Shown here: positions 33,731 to 44,721 of the stretch, one piece after another | How positions within the stretch are numbered: the stretch's first letter is position 1 | Layout of the letters: each line of letters opens with the position of its first letter | Assembly: GCA_964566505.1 (NCBI GenBank) | Contig: CAZMIM010000002.1 | Location: forward strand, 46,529 to 110,528 | Direction: 5' to 3' | From: an uncultured Candidatus Saccharibacteria bacterium | GTDB taxonomy: Bacteria > Patescibacteriota > Minisyncoccia > Phycocordibacterales > PCTT01 | DNA: 64,000 nucleotides | Notes under the pieces: generated by a model | What the model was told of the DNA's origin: nothing | The model's input: the letters and a program-made list of their open reading frames with translations, nothing else | The model's database searches: none | Position numbers and translations under genes: made by a program

Positions 33731-35410
33731 ATGGTTGAGTTCAACGAAGAAGAACATATTAAAAAACTACAACAAATACGCTCTCAAGAGGAAGAGGATT
33801 TGGCGCGGGTGCTTTCAGAGAAATATGGAGTTTCATACGCAGACCTTTCTGGTATAGGAATCGATACAGACGCTCTTAAAATGGTTCCGGAAGAAACTTC
33901 TAGGGAAAATGAAGTTGCTCTTTTTGATATTGTAGGAAAAAAGCTGGCGCTTGCCGCTCGCTCACCCCAAAAGGAATCTACTAAGAAAATGATCTCTGAA
34001 CTACAGTCAAAAGGATACGAAGTGACTGTATATATGGTGTCTCAAAAAAGTCTTGAGAAAGCGTGGGGGCGATACAAAGACATAAACTTTACCACAGAAA
34101 CCTCTGTAGGTCTTTTGGATATATCAAATGAAGAAATTGAGTCGTTTGTAGAAAAACACAAAACACCAGACGAGGTTCGAACGCTTATACAAGAAGTTCT
34201 TTCTCTAAAAAAGGGTCAGAGAGTTACAAGAATAGTTGAGACTATTGTTGCAGGAGGAATCGCACTCTCAGCATCAGATGTTCATATTGAACCACAAGAT
34301 GATGAGGTTGAAATAAGAATGCGTCTTGATGGTATCTTGGTGCCATTTATTTCTTTTGACTATGACACCTACAAACTTCTTCTATCTAGAGTAAAACTTC
34401 TTTCAGGTCTAAAGCTAAATATTACCGAGAATGCACAAGACGGAAGATTTAGTATCCATATAGCAGATACAGAGATCGAAATCCGAACATCAATACTTCC
34501 AGGAAACTATGGTGAGTCTATTGTGCTTCGTATCCTAAACCCAGACACAATATCACTTGAGCTATCTGACTTGGGAATGAGTGATGTTCTGCAAGAGCAA
34601 GTTAAAAAAGATCTTGCTCGACCAAATGGAATGATCTTAAACACAGGACCAACGGGCTCAGGAAAGACAACCACACTTTACGCATTCCTCAAACACATAT
34701 ACAAACCGGGTATTAAAATCATAACCATTGAGGACCCTATCGAATATCACCTTGAAGGGATCACACAAACACAAGTTGATCGCTCAAAAGGCTACACATT
34801 CCTAGAGGGCTTGCGAAGCGCTCTTCGACAAGACCCTGATGTAATCATGGTTGGTGAGATTAGAGATGAGGAAACCGCAAAAACTGCTGTGAATGCCGCC
34901 CTCACAGGACACCTCGTGCTATCAACCCTTCACACAAACAACGCATCGGGCACTTTCCCACGCCTTGTAGACCTTGGGGTAAATCCTCACACACTTGGCT
35001 CTGCTCTTCAGTTAGTAATTGCCCAACGACTTGTAAGAAAAATTCGGCCTGAGTGCAAAACATCTGTTCCAACAAATGAATCTGATCGTGAATTAATACA
35101 AAAAACACTCAATTCACTTTCTGCAAAAGACCAGAGCACACAAACACTCGATCCTCTGACTGTTTCTGATATAAAAAATGAGTGTGCCTCTCGTGATGAT
35201 GGTGGGTACAGTGGTCGTGTCGGTATCTTTGAAGCAATACACATGGATACAGGGCTTGAAGAACTTCTTAAAAACTCTCCTGGCGAACGAGAGGTGGCAC
35301 AATCCCCTTCTGTTTCAAAAAATATAACACTCCAAGAAGACGGAGTTCGAAAGGTTCTCGAAGGAGTTACAACACTCGAGGAACTTCGTCGTGTTGTGGA
35401 CGTATCATAA
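33731..35410 (+). CDS. pilB: type IV pilus assembly / type II secretion ATPase (PilB/GspE family)
   Basis: The 559-aa ORF has a GspE N-domain, Walker A (GPTGSGKTT), Asp box, Walker B and His box (LVLSTLHTNNA). Confidence 0.9.
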   Translation: MVEFNEEEHIKKLQQIRSQEEEDLARVLSEKYGVSYADLSGIGIDTDALKMVPEETSRENEVALFDIVGKKLALAARSPQKESTKKMISELQSKGYEVTVYMVSQKSLEKAWGRYKDINFTTETSVGLLDISNEEIESFVEKHKTPDEVRTLIQEVLSLKKGQRVTRIVETIVAGGIALSASDVHIEPQDDEVEIRMRLDGILVPFISFDYDTYKLLLSRVKLLSGLKLNITENAQDGRFSIHIADTEIEIRTSILPGNYGESIVLRILNPDTISLELSDLGMSDVLQEQVKKDLARPNGMILNTGPTGSGKTTTLYAFLKHIYKPGIKIITIEDPIEYHLEGITQTQVDRSKGYTFLEGLRSALRQDPDVIMVGEIRDEETAKTAVNAALTGHLVLSTLHTNNASGTFPRLVDLGVNPHTLGSALQLVIAQRLVRKIRPECKTSVPTNESDRELIQKTLNSLSAKDQSTQTLDPLTVSDIKNECASRDDGGYSGRVGIFEAIHMDTGLEELLKNSPGEREVAQSPSVSKNITLQEDGVRKVLEGVTTLEELRRVVDVS

Positions 35411-35553
35411 GGCTTGTTTGACATAGCCGAGTCACAATTTTGTGCTGGTTGTTTGTCGTGGTCTTTCAATTACTTGTGTGTATAATCGAATACAGAGAAA
35501 CAAAACAAAAAACACCCGCGTTAACGGATGTTTGTTCCTTCAATCGAACACAT

Positions 35554-35676
35554 AAACCTCTAAGTAATGCTAGATGCAAGAAATAGCCCTATGTTTTCTA
35601 AGGATAGAGTCAGTTTATATATAAAAAATATACATACCCAATTCGTCCTCGAAAGCCATAAATTACTTAGAGGTTT
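35554..35676 (+). other. about 120-nt hairpin closed by a 15-bp stem in the ruvB 5' leader
   Basis: aaacctctaagtaat (35554-35568) pairs with attacttagaggttt (35662-35676). It lies between a TG-extended -10 (tgtgtataat, 35476-35485) and the ruvB start. Confidence 0.35.
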
Positions 35677-35773
35677 ATATGTTTGATTTTCAAAATATCT
35701 CTCAACAAAAGCGTTTTATTGCTGTTGCAGATCTCACAAGAAATCGGGTAAAGTTTAGCATAAAATAGATATC

Positions 35774-36808
35774 ATGTCAATACCCTCAAACAACCCGTCT
35801 CAAGAGCCCAAAAACGACACTGTTTCAATGTCTTTGGACTCAACATTGCGCCCACACACATGGGATGACTATGTAGGACAAGAAACAATCAAGAAAAACC
35901 TAAAAATACTATTAAAGGCAGCCCAAGAACGTGGTCACGTGCCCGAACACCTGCTGTTTTATGGGCCCCCTGGACTTGGCAAAACCACTCTTGCTCATCT
36001 TATTGCAAAAGAGTTTGGTGCACAGATGAAAATCACCTCAGGACCTGCGATTGAAAAGGTTGGAGACCTTGCTTCTATACTTACAAACCTCTCGCCAGGA
36101 GACATTTTATTTATAGATGAGATACACAGACTTAATAAATCTATTGAGGAGGTACTCTACCCCGCTATGGAGTCACGGGTTCTCGATATTATTATTGGCA
36201 AAGGCCCATCTGCACGAACAATCCAGCTTGAGCTTCCTCCTTTTACACTTATTGCAGCAACAACACAGATAGCACTTCTCTCTTCCCCCCTTCGTTCTCG
36301 ATTTTCTGGTGGTGTATTTCGACTTGAGTTTTATACAGAAGAAGAAATAGCACGAATACTCTCACGGTCTTCTAATTTACTTAATATAGAGACAGACAAA
36401 GAAGCACTTTCTGAAATTTCTAAACGAAGCAGGTTCACTCCACGAACGGCAAACTACTTTTTGAAGAGATGTCGTGACTTTGCTCAAGTTCACAAAGAAT
36501 CAATGTCTCCTGATGTTGTTGTAAAAGCGCTTTCACTTCTTGAGATTGACGAGAAAGGTCTTAATGCGTACGACAGAAAGATACTTGAAATGATTATAGA
36601 TACTTTTGGGGGCGGGCCTGTAGGTCTTGGGACACTAGCAGCAGCAATCTCTGAAGAACGCTCTACTCTTGAAGAGGTTCATGAACCTTATTTAATGAGA
36701 CTTGGTTTTATAGAACGAACACCAAGGGGTCGTGTAGCAACACCACGTGGCTATGAGCATTTAGGATATACAATACCTCAAGATTCCCAGAAATCTCTTG
36801 ATTTGTAA
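35774..36808 (+). CDS. ruvB: Holliday junction DNA helicase RuvB
   Basis: The ORF has LLFYGPPGLGKTTLAHLIA and Walker B FIDEIHRL, and matches RuvB at full length. Confidence 0.95.
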   Translation: MSIPSNNPSQEPKNDTVSMSLDSTLRPHTWDDYVGQETIKKNLKILLKAAQERGHVPEHLLFYGPPGLGKTTLAHLIAKEFGAQMKITSGPAIEKVGDLASILTNLSPGDILFIDEIHRLNKSIEEVLYPAMESRVLDIIIGKGPSARTIQLELPPFTLIAATTQIALLSSPLRSRFSGGVFRLEFYTEEEIARILSRSSNLLNIETDKEALSEISKRSRFTPRTANYFLKRCRDFAQVHKESMSPDVVVKALSLLEIDEKGLNAYDRKILEMIIDTFGGGPVGLGTLAAAISEERSTLEEVHEPYLMRLGFIERTPRGRVATPRGYEHLGYTIPQDSQKSLDL

Positions 36809-36848
36809 GCTTGTTTTCTATAATCTATTTTTAAATAACAAATAAAAA

Positions 36849-37379
36849 ATGGCAGGACATAATAAATGGTCAAAAATTAAACATAAAAAAGCGGCAACCG
36901 ACGCACAAAAGAGCAAGATTTTTTCAAAACTTGTTCGTCTTATTCAGGTTGAGTCAAAAAGATGTGGTGGAGATGAGAACGATCCAGGACTAAGAGCAGT
37001 AATTGATAAAGCAAAGAAAGAAAACATGCCTAAAGACAACATCGAGCGCGCAATTAAAAAGGGCGCTGGTGGTGATTCAAGCGATTTAGAAAAGATTACA
37101 TACGAAAGCTATGGCCCAGGAGGTGTTGCTATGATTATTGAAGTTCTTACTGACAGCAGAAACCGAGCTGCCGCAGAAATACGACATATTCTTTCAAAAA
37201 ACAACCTAGAACTTGCAAGTCCTGGATCTGCAACATGGGCGTTTGAAAGATCTGGAACAGACTGGGTTCCTCACACAAACACACCACTCTCAGATGAAGA
37301 TATTGAAAAGCTGTCTGTTGTTGTAGAGGCGCTTGAAGAACACGACGACGTCCAAGAAGTCTTCACTAACGCAGAATAA
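36849..37379 (+). CDS. YebC/PmpR-family probable transcriptional regulator (short form)
   Basis: MAGHNKWSKIKHKKAATDAQKSKIFSKL is the hallmark N-terminus. At 176 aa the protein is shorter than the typical ~240. Confidence 0.7.
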   Translation: MAGHNKWSKIKHKKAATDAQKSKIFSKLVRLIQVESKRCGGDENDPGLRAVIDKAKKENMPKDNIERAIKKGAGGDSSDLEKITYESYGPGGVAMIIEVLTDSRNRAAAEIRHILSKNNLELASPGSATWAFERSGTDWVPHTNTPLSDEDIEKLSVVVEALEEHDDVQEVFTNAE

Positions 37380-37855
37380 TGCGCGTTATTGCTTTTGACC
37401 CTGGATACGATAGATGTGGGGTCGCTATTTTAGAGAAACAAAAAGGAAAAGAGGTTGTTTTGTTTTCAGGTTGTATAGAAACAAACAGAAAGGATTCTTT
37501 AGATGTTCGTGTTTCTGATATAGGAAAAGAGGTCGAGGAGCTTATTTTAAAACATAAACCCTCTCACCTTGCTCTTGAAACACTCTTTTTTAATATAAAC
37601 AAAAAGACGGCAATTGATGTTGCCCAAGCACGAGGTGTTTTGCTTTACCTTGGTGGCAAACATAGTCTTCGTGTTTGTGAATACACACCTTCTGCAATAA
37701 AAGTTGCTGTTACAGGACACGGTAGAAGCGATAAAAAGCAGATTATTTCAATGATTCCTCGCTTAGTTTCAATAGAAAAGAAAATACAACACGACGACGA
37801 ATGGGATGCCATCGCGGTGGGTATTACATGTATTGCGAGTGAAAAAGAGTATTAA
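37379..37855 (+). CDS. ruvC: crossover junction endodeoxyribonuclease RuvC
   Basis: MRVIAFDPGYDRCGVAILE is the catalytic N-terminus; the ORF is 158 aa. Confidence 0.85.
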   Translation: MRVIAFDPGYDRCGVAILEKQKGKEVVLFSGCIETNRKDSLDVRVSDIGKEVEELILKHKPSHLALETLFFNINKKTAIDVAQARGVLLYLGGKHSLRVCEYTPSAIKVAVTGHGRSDKKQIISMIPRLVSIEKKIQHDDEWDAIAVGITCIASEKEY

Positions 37856-39114
37856 GAAATAACAACTTTAATAAAGCGTGTTTTCCCTATTTTGTATACA
37901 CCACTTTCTTGAATGGTGTATTTTTTGTTTGTTATTTTTTCGTTATTGTCTGTATTTTTTACAGCCCCTTGATCAACCAGTCTATTGAATTCTGATTTTG
38001 ATGAAACAAGTTCTTTCTTAAGAGCAACATCACAAAGCATAGCCCCTTTTTCTACACTTACTTCTTCTATGTCTTCTGGTACACCACCTTGAGCAAATGT
38101 ATTCTCAAAATCGTCTCGTGCATTATCAGCATCTTTTGAAGAGTGATAAAAAGAAACAATTTCGTGAGCTAGTCTAACTTTTAGGTCTTTTGGGTTTACT
38201 CCGCTTTCAAGGTCTTTTTTGACCTCCTCAACCTCTTGTATAGACACAAAAGTTAACAGCTCAAAACCAGACACAATCATGTCATCACTCCAGCTCATTA
38301 TTTTTCCAAACATTTCTTGTGGGGAGTCTTGGAACGTAACCATGTTACCTGTTGTCTTCCCCATTTTTTTACCTTCTTTATCCGCAAAGAGTTTTGTGGT
38401 TATCACAAACTTCTCTTTATCACTCATTTGCTTCATAAGCGTTCGCCCTGCAAGCATATTAAATGTTTGATCATTGCCTCCAATTTCTCCATCAACATCC
38501 ATATGTACGCTGTCATACCCTTGCATAAGAGGATACATAAACTCATGAATATATAGAGGTGTTCCAGAGTCAATTCTTCGCTTAAACAGGTCTCGTTTAA
38601 TCATTTGCTCAACAGTAAAGTGAGATGCAATGTTTATAACATCAGAAAAAGATAGTTTCGAAAGCCATTTATTGTTGTTTTTTAGTATTGCTTTATTTCT
38701 ACCAGAAAAAGATAGAAATTTTGACGCTTGTTTTTTGTATAGTCGAGCATTTTCTTTTACCAACTTAGGAGTAAGTCGTTCTCGAACCTCTGTTTTATCA
38801 GGATCTCCTGAGAGCGCTGTAAAATCTCCAATAAGAAGGATAATCTCATGTCCCATGTCTTGAAGTTCTTTTAGTTTTTTCAAAACAATCGCGTGTCCGA
38901 AATGAAGCGTTGGACCTGTTGGATCAATGCCGAGATACACCTTCAACCTCTTACCTGAAGTAAGCTCTTTTTCTACAAACTCTTTGTTTGGATATACATT
39001 CTCGACTCCTCGAGAAAGAAACTCTTCTATATTGGTCTTCATAATTGTTATTTTAGAATATATATGTATCATACCAAACCACAGAAAATCGTGTATCTTG
39101 TACTGAAATATCAT
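37852..39114 (-). CDS. tyrS: tyrosine--tRNA ligase
   Basis: The ORF has a HIGH-like region (GIDPTGPTLHFGHAIV), KMGKT (the KMSKS motif) and a C-terminal S4-like domain. Confidence 0.9.
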   Translation of the reverse strand: MIFQYKIHDFLWFGMIHIYSKITIMKTNIEEFLSRGVENVYPNKEFVEKELTSGKRLKVYLGIDPTGPTLHFGHAIVLKKLKELQDMGHEIILLIGDFTALSGDPDKTEVRERLTPKLVKENARLYKKQASKFLSFSGRNKAILKNNNKWLSKLSFSDVINIASHFTVEQMIKRDLFKRRIDSGTPLYIHEFMYPLMQGYDSVHMDVDGEIGGNDQTFNMLAGRTLMKQMSDKEKFVITTKLFADKEGKKMGKTTGNMVTFQDSPQEMFGKIMSWSDDMIVSGFELLTFVSIQEVEEVKKDLESGVNPKDLKVRLAHEIVSFYHSSKDADNARDDFENTFAQGGVPEDIEEVSVEKGAMLCDVALKKELVSSKSEFNRLVDQGAVKNTDNNEKITNKKYTIQESGVYKIGKTRFIKVVIS

Positions 39115-39142
39115 TCATTGCGATGTATACTTAACACTACAT

Positions 39143-41650
39143 ATGTCTAAATACAAACGTAAAAATCGAAAAACTCGTGCACTGACTGATTTGTTTAAAA
39201 TTGTTCTTATTTTTGGTCTTTTTTGTTTTGGTGTTGTTGTTTTTTGGATAACAACATTTGATGTTCCAGACCTTAAATCTTTCGAAGAACGAAAGGTTCT
39301 ACAATCTACAAAAATTTATGATAATACTGGGGAAATTCTTCTCTATGAGTTCAATAACAACGATATAAAGCGCTCTATTGTTGAGTTTGATGAAATCTCT
39401 CGACATATAAAAAATGCAACAATAGCGATTGAGGATGCCGAATTTTATGACCATCACGGAATCAAGCCAAGAGCTATTATTCGTGCGGTGTTTGTAAACC
39501 TTACTTCACTTGAATTCTCACAAGGAGGTTCAACAATTACACAACAGGCTATTAAGAACTCTGTTCTAATACAAGACAAAAAGATCTCAAGAAAGCTAAA
39601 AGAATGGGTCCTTGCTTTAAGGTTAGAACAAATCATTTCAAAAGAAGCTATTTTGACACTTTATCTTAACGAAGTTCCATATGGAGGAAGTGTTTATGGT
39701 GTACGAGAAGCAACACAACTATTCTTTGGAAAAGAGCCAAATGAAGTAACACTAGCAGAGTCTGCATACATAGCAGCAATTCCACAAGCTCCTACTTTTT
39801 ACTCTCCATACGGAAGCAACACAGACAGGCTTGAGGTACGAAAAAACCTTGTTCTCGAGAAAATGCTTGAAAATGGATTTATTACAGAAGAACAATACGA
39901 AGAAGCTAAAGATGAGGATGTTGAATTCAAACCTCGCGCAACACTGGGTATTCGAGCCCCCCATTTTGTTTTCTTTATAAGTGAATACCTTGAAAACAAA
40001 TATGGTTCGAGAGTTCTGGAAGAAGGAGGTTTGAGCGTTACAACAACTCTTGATTATTCTCTTCAAGAAAAAGCTGAAGAAATTGTAAAACGATATGCTC
40101 TTTCAAATGAAGAAAACTTTAATGCAAGCAACGCTTCATTGGTTGCAGTAGAACCTGAAACCGGTCACATAAAAGTAATGGTTGGTTCTCGTGATTATTT
40201 TGATGAAGAAATAGATGGAAACTTTAATGTTGCAGTAAGTCACAGACAACCAGGTTCTGCTTTTAAGCCTTTTGTTTATGCAACCGCATTCAAGAAAGGA
40301 TATACCCCTGAGACAGCCGTATTTGACGTAGAAACAGAGTTTTCAACCGAATGTAGTCCTGACAGCAAACCACTTCGTTCTGACGCTGTATGTTATCGCC
40401 CAGGAAACTATGACGGAAACTTCCAAGGTCCTATAACTCTTCGAAATGCCCTAGCTCAATCAGTAAACATCCCCGCTATTAAAGCCCTTTATTTGGCTGG
40501 ATTAAATAGCTCCCTGAGAACAGCTCGTGATATGGGAATTGAAAGTCTTACAAACGTTGATCAATATGGTCTTACTCTTGTTCTTGGAGGTGGTGAAGTT
40601 TCTCCTCTTGAAATATCGTCTGCATATTCTGTTTTTGCAAATGACGGAATACGAAATGAACCAACTGGTGTAATAAGAATCGAAGATAGTAATGGAAATG
40701 TTCTTGAAGAGTATAAAAAACGATCAACAAGAGCTCTTGATGAAAATGTTGCACGTCTTATCTCAGACGTACTTTCAGACAACGAAGCGCGTACACCTGC
40801 TTTTGGAGCAAACTCCCCTCTTTATTTCCCTAATAGAGATGTTGCTGCTAAAACAGGTACCACAAACGATTACCGAGACGCTTGGACTGTTGGATACACA
40901 CCAAACCTAGCTGTTGCTGCTTGGGCAGGAAACAACGACAACTCTTCTATGGATAAAAAGGTAGCTGGTTTTATTATCACACCACTATGGAGAGAATTTA
41001 TGGATGTGGCACTATCTCAAATAGAAGATAAAAGATTTAAAATTCCTGAAACAGTTAAAAAAGAATCTCTTCCTCCACAACTTCGTGGTGTTTGGCAAGG
41101 TGGGCTAGTTTATACAGTAGACCAACTATCAGGTGGTCTTGCTACAGAATTCACTCCAGAAGAAACAAAACAAGAGAAAGTTGTTTTTGATCCGCATACA
41201 ATTCTTCATTGGGTAGACAAAGATAATCCGCAAAGTGGAGATATTCCAAATAATCCAAGTGATAAATATTCTCAATATGATTTGTGGGAATACGCTGTTT
41301 CTAAGTGGGTAGCAGACACAAACCTTACTAGAGAAGATGAGTCTGTTATTCCAAATTTCTCAGATAACCTTCATACAAAAAACTCACAACCTCGTTTGGT
41401 TGTAAGTGGACTTTCTACTACATATTCGCCAGGTTCAAGAATCTCATTCTCTGTAACAAATCAAAACTCATATCCACTACGTAAAATAGAAGTATTCTTT
41501 AACAACAAATACATCGGAGAAGATACAACCGCTCCGTTCTCGTTTTCATTCACTCCAGATAATCCTCAAGAAAATAATACACTTATGATTATTGGAACTG
41601 ATTCAATATACAACCAAGAAGAGTTTGAATATCAAATTCCTCTACAATAA
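39143..41650 (+). CDS. bifunctional class A penicillin-binding protein (transglycosylase and transpeptidase), PBP1A-type
   Basis: The ORF has an N-terminal TM, GT51 motifs (EDAEFYDHHG, GGSTITQQ), the transpeptidase motifs SAFK, SVN and KTGT, and a long C-terminal extension. Confidence 0.9.
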   Translation: MSKYKRKNRKTRALTDLFKIVLIFGLFCFGVVVFWITTFDVPDLKSFEERKVLQSTKIYDNTGEILLYEFNNNDIKRSIVEFDEISRHIKNATIAIEDAEFYDHHGIKPRAIIRAVFVNLTSLEFSQGGSTITQQAIKNSVLIQDKKISRKLKEWVLALRLEQIISKEAILTLYLNEVPYGGSVYGVREATQLFFGKEPNEVTLAESAYIAAIPQAPTFYSPYGSNTDRLEVRKNLVLEKMLENGFITEEQYEEAKDEDVEFKPRATLGIRAPHFVFFISEYLENKYGSRVLEEGGLSVTTTLDYSLQEKAEEIVKRYALSNEENFNASNASLVAVEPETGHIKVMVGSRDYFDEEIDGNFNVAVSHRQPGSAFKPFVYATAFKKGYTPETAVFDVETEFSTECSPDSKPLRSDAVCYRPGNYDGNFQGPITLRNALAQSVNIPAIKALYLAGLNSSLRTARDMGIESLTNVDQYGLTLVLGGGEVSPLEISSAYSVFANDGIRNEPTGVIRIEDSNGNVLEEYKKRSTRALDENVARLISDVLSDNEARTPAFGANSPLYFPNRDVAAKTGTTNDYRDAWTVGYTPNLAVAAWAGNNDNSSMDKKVAGFIITPLWREFMDVALSQIEDKRFKIPETVKKESLPPQLRGVWQGGLVYTVDQLSGGLATEFTPEETKQEKVVFDPHTILHWVDKDNPQSGDIPNNPSDKYSQYDLWEYAVSKWVADTNLTREDESVIPNFSDNLHTKNSQPRLVVSGLSTTYSPGSRISFSVTNQNSYPLRKIEVFFNNKYIGEDTTAPFSFSFTPDNPQENNTLMIIGTDSIYNQEEFEYQIPLQ

Positions 41651-42748
41651 CTATTTGTTCATCGGCATTGCGATGTAGATAAAACTAGAATCCCCTACCC
41701 CTTGAACATAAATAGGTTTTCCAGGCCCTATTTTAAAAACCAAACTGTCTGTCGTTATTGATTGAAAACAATCAAAGACATTACGATAACTAAAACTAAC
41801 TGTCTGCGGGTCTCCTGAGAGCGCTGCAGAGACATTAATTGAGCTTTCTCCAAGCTCTTTATTGCTTGTTTTTATAATAAACTTTTTCTCTTTTGGTTTT
41901 ACCTCGAATGTAATTCTATTGAATTTGTCTGAGAAAATATTTGCCTGCTTCATAACATCAATAACATCTTGTTTTAGAACCACACACTCTGTTTCATACT
42001 CTTTTGGAATAATCTGCCTATAATCAGGAAATACTCCATCAACAACTCTTGATGTTACATACAAATCACCAATAGAAAATCCTATTTGATTTTGAGTAAT
42101 ACTTATCTCAACTTCACCTTTAATATCATCAAAAACCTTAATAACATCTGAAACATTTTTGAATGGAATCAAAATTGATTCAAAATCATCAAGTGATTTA
42201 AATGAAACACTCTTTTCTGCAAGTCTAAATGAATCTGTTGCAGCAAACACAACAGAACCTGACTCGTTATATATATAAACACTCGCAAGCTCTGGTTTCA
42301 TACTTTGCGGTGAAGCACTGTACCAAACAGATTTTAGACCATGAATAAATTTATCAATAGGAAGTTTTAGTGTTTTATCAGACACAACACGAGGAATAGA
42401 AGGAAATTCTTCATGAGGATATGTTTTTACTTTTGTTTGTGAATTATTTGTAGTTACAAGAAGAGTATTATCTTTTGTTTCGAGAGTAATTTTTGAATCT
42501 TGAGTTATGTTCCCAATAAAACTCTTGAGAAGCTCGGCAGGAACAGCTACTGTGCCCTCTTCTTCAACTTTTACAGGTATTTTTATCTCAACTCCCAGAT
42601 CAAGATTTGTTGCTCGAATAGTGAGAGTGTTATTTTTTGCTACAAGCAAAATATATTTCAATACAGGTAACGTAACATTTTTACTTGTTACCTTATCTGC
42701 TTTTGAAATTGCATTCTCTATTTTTTCTTTTAAACATTCTAACTTCAT
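41651..42748 (-). CDS. dnaN: DNA polymerase III beta sliding clamp
   Basis: The 365-aa ORF has the three-domain clamp pattern and sits directly downstream of dnaA. Confidence 0.9.
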   Translation of the reverse strand: MKLECLKEKIENAISKADKVTSKNVTLPVLKYILLVAKNNTLTIRATNLDLGVEIKIPVKVEEEGTVAVPAELLKSFIGNITQDSKITLETKDNTLLVTTNNSQTKVKTYPHEEFPSIPRVVSDKTLKLPIDKFIHGLKSVWYSASPQSMKPELASVYIYNESGSVVFAATDSFRLAEKSVSFKSLDDFESILIPFKNVSDVIKVFDDIKGEVEISITQNQIGFSIGDLYVTSRVVDGVFPDYRQIIPKEYETECVVLKQDVIDVMKQANIFSDKFNRITFEVKPKEKKFIIKTSNKELGESSINVSAALSGDPQTVSFSYRNVFDCFQSITTDSLVFKIGPGKPIYVQGVGDSSFIYIAMPMNK

Positions 42749-43012
42749 GGTTGTGTATTATTTTCTTTTTTAAATATATTATTACTATTATTAGGGCTGT
42801 TGATATGTGGGAAAGTTGTAAATATAAATCTATATAAGGATGTATTTGAAAATATTTTTTGTGAAAAACACTGCTTATATGAGGATTAATGGTGATAATT
42901 TGGTTAATAACTTTGACTGATTGATACTTATTAAATACTTTCAACATTTACTTTCTTTTTTATACCTAAGTTATTCATATTTGAAATCACCACCTATGCA
43001 CATATTTATCCC
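42749..43012. other. AT-rich dnaA-dnaN intergenic region with DnaA-box-like 9-mers (possible oriC-associated sequence or DUE)
   Basis: The 264-nt stretch looks more than 75% AT and contains tgtgggaaa, ttatcccct, and cttatctggtggat. Confidence 0.3.
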
Positions 43013-44359
43013 CTATAACATATTTCTTATCTGGTGGATTTCTTGAGATAACACACTGTCTGTCTCTAACTCTTTCTTTATCTTTTCATACGAGTGAATT
43101 ACTGTTGTATGGTCCCTACCCCCAAGTTTCTGGCCAATTGTTGGGTATGCGATGTTATAGTCTTCACGAAGTATATACATAATAATTTGCCGAGGTTTTA
43201 CCACTTCTTTCTTTCTAGTCTTTTTATAAACATTCTCCTCTTCTATATTGTAAAAATCAGTAATGATTCGAATAATATCCTCAATAGGAGCTGTTCTTTT
43301 TGATTTAATACTGTTTCGTACAAGATGTTTTACCTCATTTAAAGAAAGTTCTCTATCTTTTAGTTGTGATTGAACAACAACAACATTAAATACCCCCTCA
43401 AGTTCTCGGATGTTGCTCCCAATCATAGATGCAAGATAATCAAGAACCTCTGGGTTTAGAGTTATGTTGTGTTGTTTTGATTTTGCTTGAAGAATCGCAA
43501 CTCTAGATTCGTGGTCTGGTGGAGAAATATCAACTACCATACCTGCGCTAAATCGAGATTTAAGTCTATCTTCCATATTTTGAAGATAGTTTGGGTGCAT
43601 GTCAGACGAGAAAATAATCTGCTTGTTGTTGTCGTATAGAGTATTGAATAGATGAAACAGCTCTTCTTGGCTCTTCTCTTTCTTAGAAAGAAACTGAATA
43701 TCATCCATAATCAAAACATCGTATTTTCTATACTTTTCTTTAAAGAGGTTCATTTTATTTTGACGAATTGCATTTGTTACATCAACAACAAACTTCTCAG
43801 ATGTCATATAAAACACTTTTATATTCGAATATGACTTCTTTAGGTGGTTTCCTACAGACTGAATAAGGTGTGTTTTACCACAACCAGTGCGTCCATATAC
43901 AAAAAGAGGGTTATATACCACACCAGGACTCTTTATGATTGCCTGAGAGGCTGCATATGCAAGCTCATTGAATGGTCCAACAATAAAAGAATCAAAAGTA
44001 TATCGAGGGTTAAGGTTGTCTTCCCTGTTTATGTATACATCACTTAGTGGTAGAGCTCCTTTTGTGAGATCAAGGTCACTTGAGTGTTCTGCTATTTCTT
44101 TTGCTTCAGGTTTTTCTCTTGTTACAACGTACTCAACACTTCGCACATGCTCTACAAGTTCTCTAAGGGTTTTGAGAATAAACTTATGATATTTCTCAGA
44201 TAGCCATGTTTTTACAAATTCATTTGGTACTCCTATATATACAACTCCATCTTCTTCCTTTAAAATATATGTCTCGCTAAACCATGTGTTAAATGTTGCT
44301 TTTGTTACATTTAGTTCTGCTTCTACGAGTACGTTTTCCCAAAGTTGTTTTGTATCCAT
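43013..44359 (-). CDS. dnaA: chromosomal replication initiator DnaA
   Basis: The start is taken at the internal MDTKQLWENV. The ORF has AAA+ Walker A (GRTGCGKTHL), sensor motifs, and a C-terminal DnaA-box-binding HTH (..KLGGRDHTTVIH..). Confidence 0.9.
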   Translation of the reverse strand: MDTKQLWENVLVEAELNVTKATFNTWFSETYILKEEDGVVYIGVPNEFVKTWLSEKYHKFILKTLRELVEHVRSVEYVVTREKPEAKEIAEHSSDLDLTKGALPLSDVYINREDNLNPRYTFDSFIVGPFNELAYAASQAIIKSPGVVYNPLFVYGRTGCGKTHLIQSVGNHLKKSYSNIKVFYMTSEKFVVDVTNAIRQNKMNLFKEKYRKYDVLIMDDIQFLSKKEKSQEELFHLFNTLYDNNKQIIFSSDMHPNYLQNMEDRLKSRFSAGMVVDISPPDHESRVAILQAKSKQHNITLNPEVLDYLASMIGSNIRELEGVFNVVVVQSQLKDRELSLNEVKHLVRNSIKSKRTAPIEDIIRIITDFYNIEEENVYKKTRKKEVVKPRQIIMYILREDYNIAYPTIGQKLGGRDHTTVIHSYEKIKKELETDSVLSQEIHQIRNML

Positions 44360-44581
44360 GTCTAAAAAGTTAGTGTGTCTATTATATAATGATGGGGAAA
44401 ACGCTATAACTTGTGGAAAGTATGTAAATATGTTAATAATGTGTGGATACAATACCAGGATTAGTATATAAAAGTATGTCAACAACCCCATACCAGAGCA
44501 AAGCACGGTACAGGGCGAGAAATAGACAAAAACATACTCCTAGTATATAGTCTTAAGGTAAAAACTTGTAAATAATACGTT
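44360..44581. other. candidate oriC: dnaA-rpmH intergenic region with DnaA-box-like sites
   Basis: The region contains ttgtggaaa (44411-44419) and tgtggatac (44442-44450). It sits at the canonical position between divergent dnaA and rpmH. Confidence 0.4.
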
Positions 44582-44716
44582 ATGTCAACAACATATCAGC
44601 CCAAAAAAAGAAAAAGAAGTAAAACACACGGGTTTTTAACTCGTTCAAAAACAACTTCTGGGAAAAATATTCTCAAAAGTCGTCGAAGAAAAGGCCGAAA
44701 GAAGCTTTCAGTGTAA
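44582..44716 (+). CDS. rpmH: 50S ribosomal protein L34
   Basis: The 44-aa product [44 protein letters not shown] was translated manually. It is below the 60-aa ORF-track cutoff. Confidence 0.85.
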   Translation: MSTTYQPKKRKRSKTHGFLTRSKTTSGKNILKSRRRKGRKKLSV

Positions 44717-44721
44717 ATACT

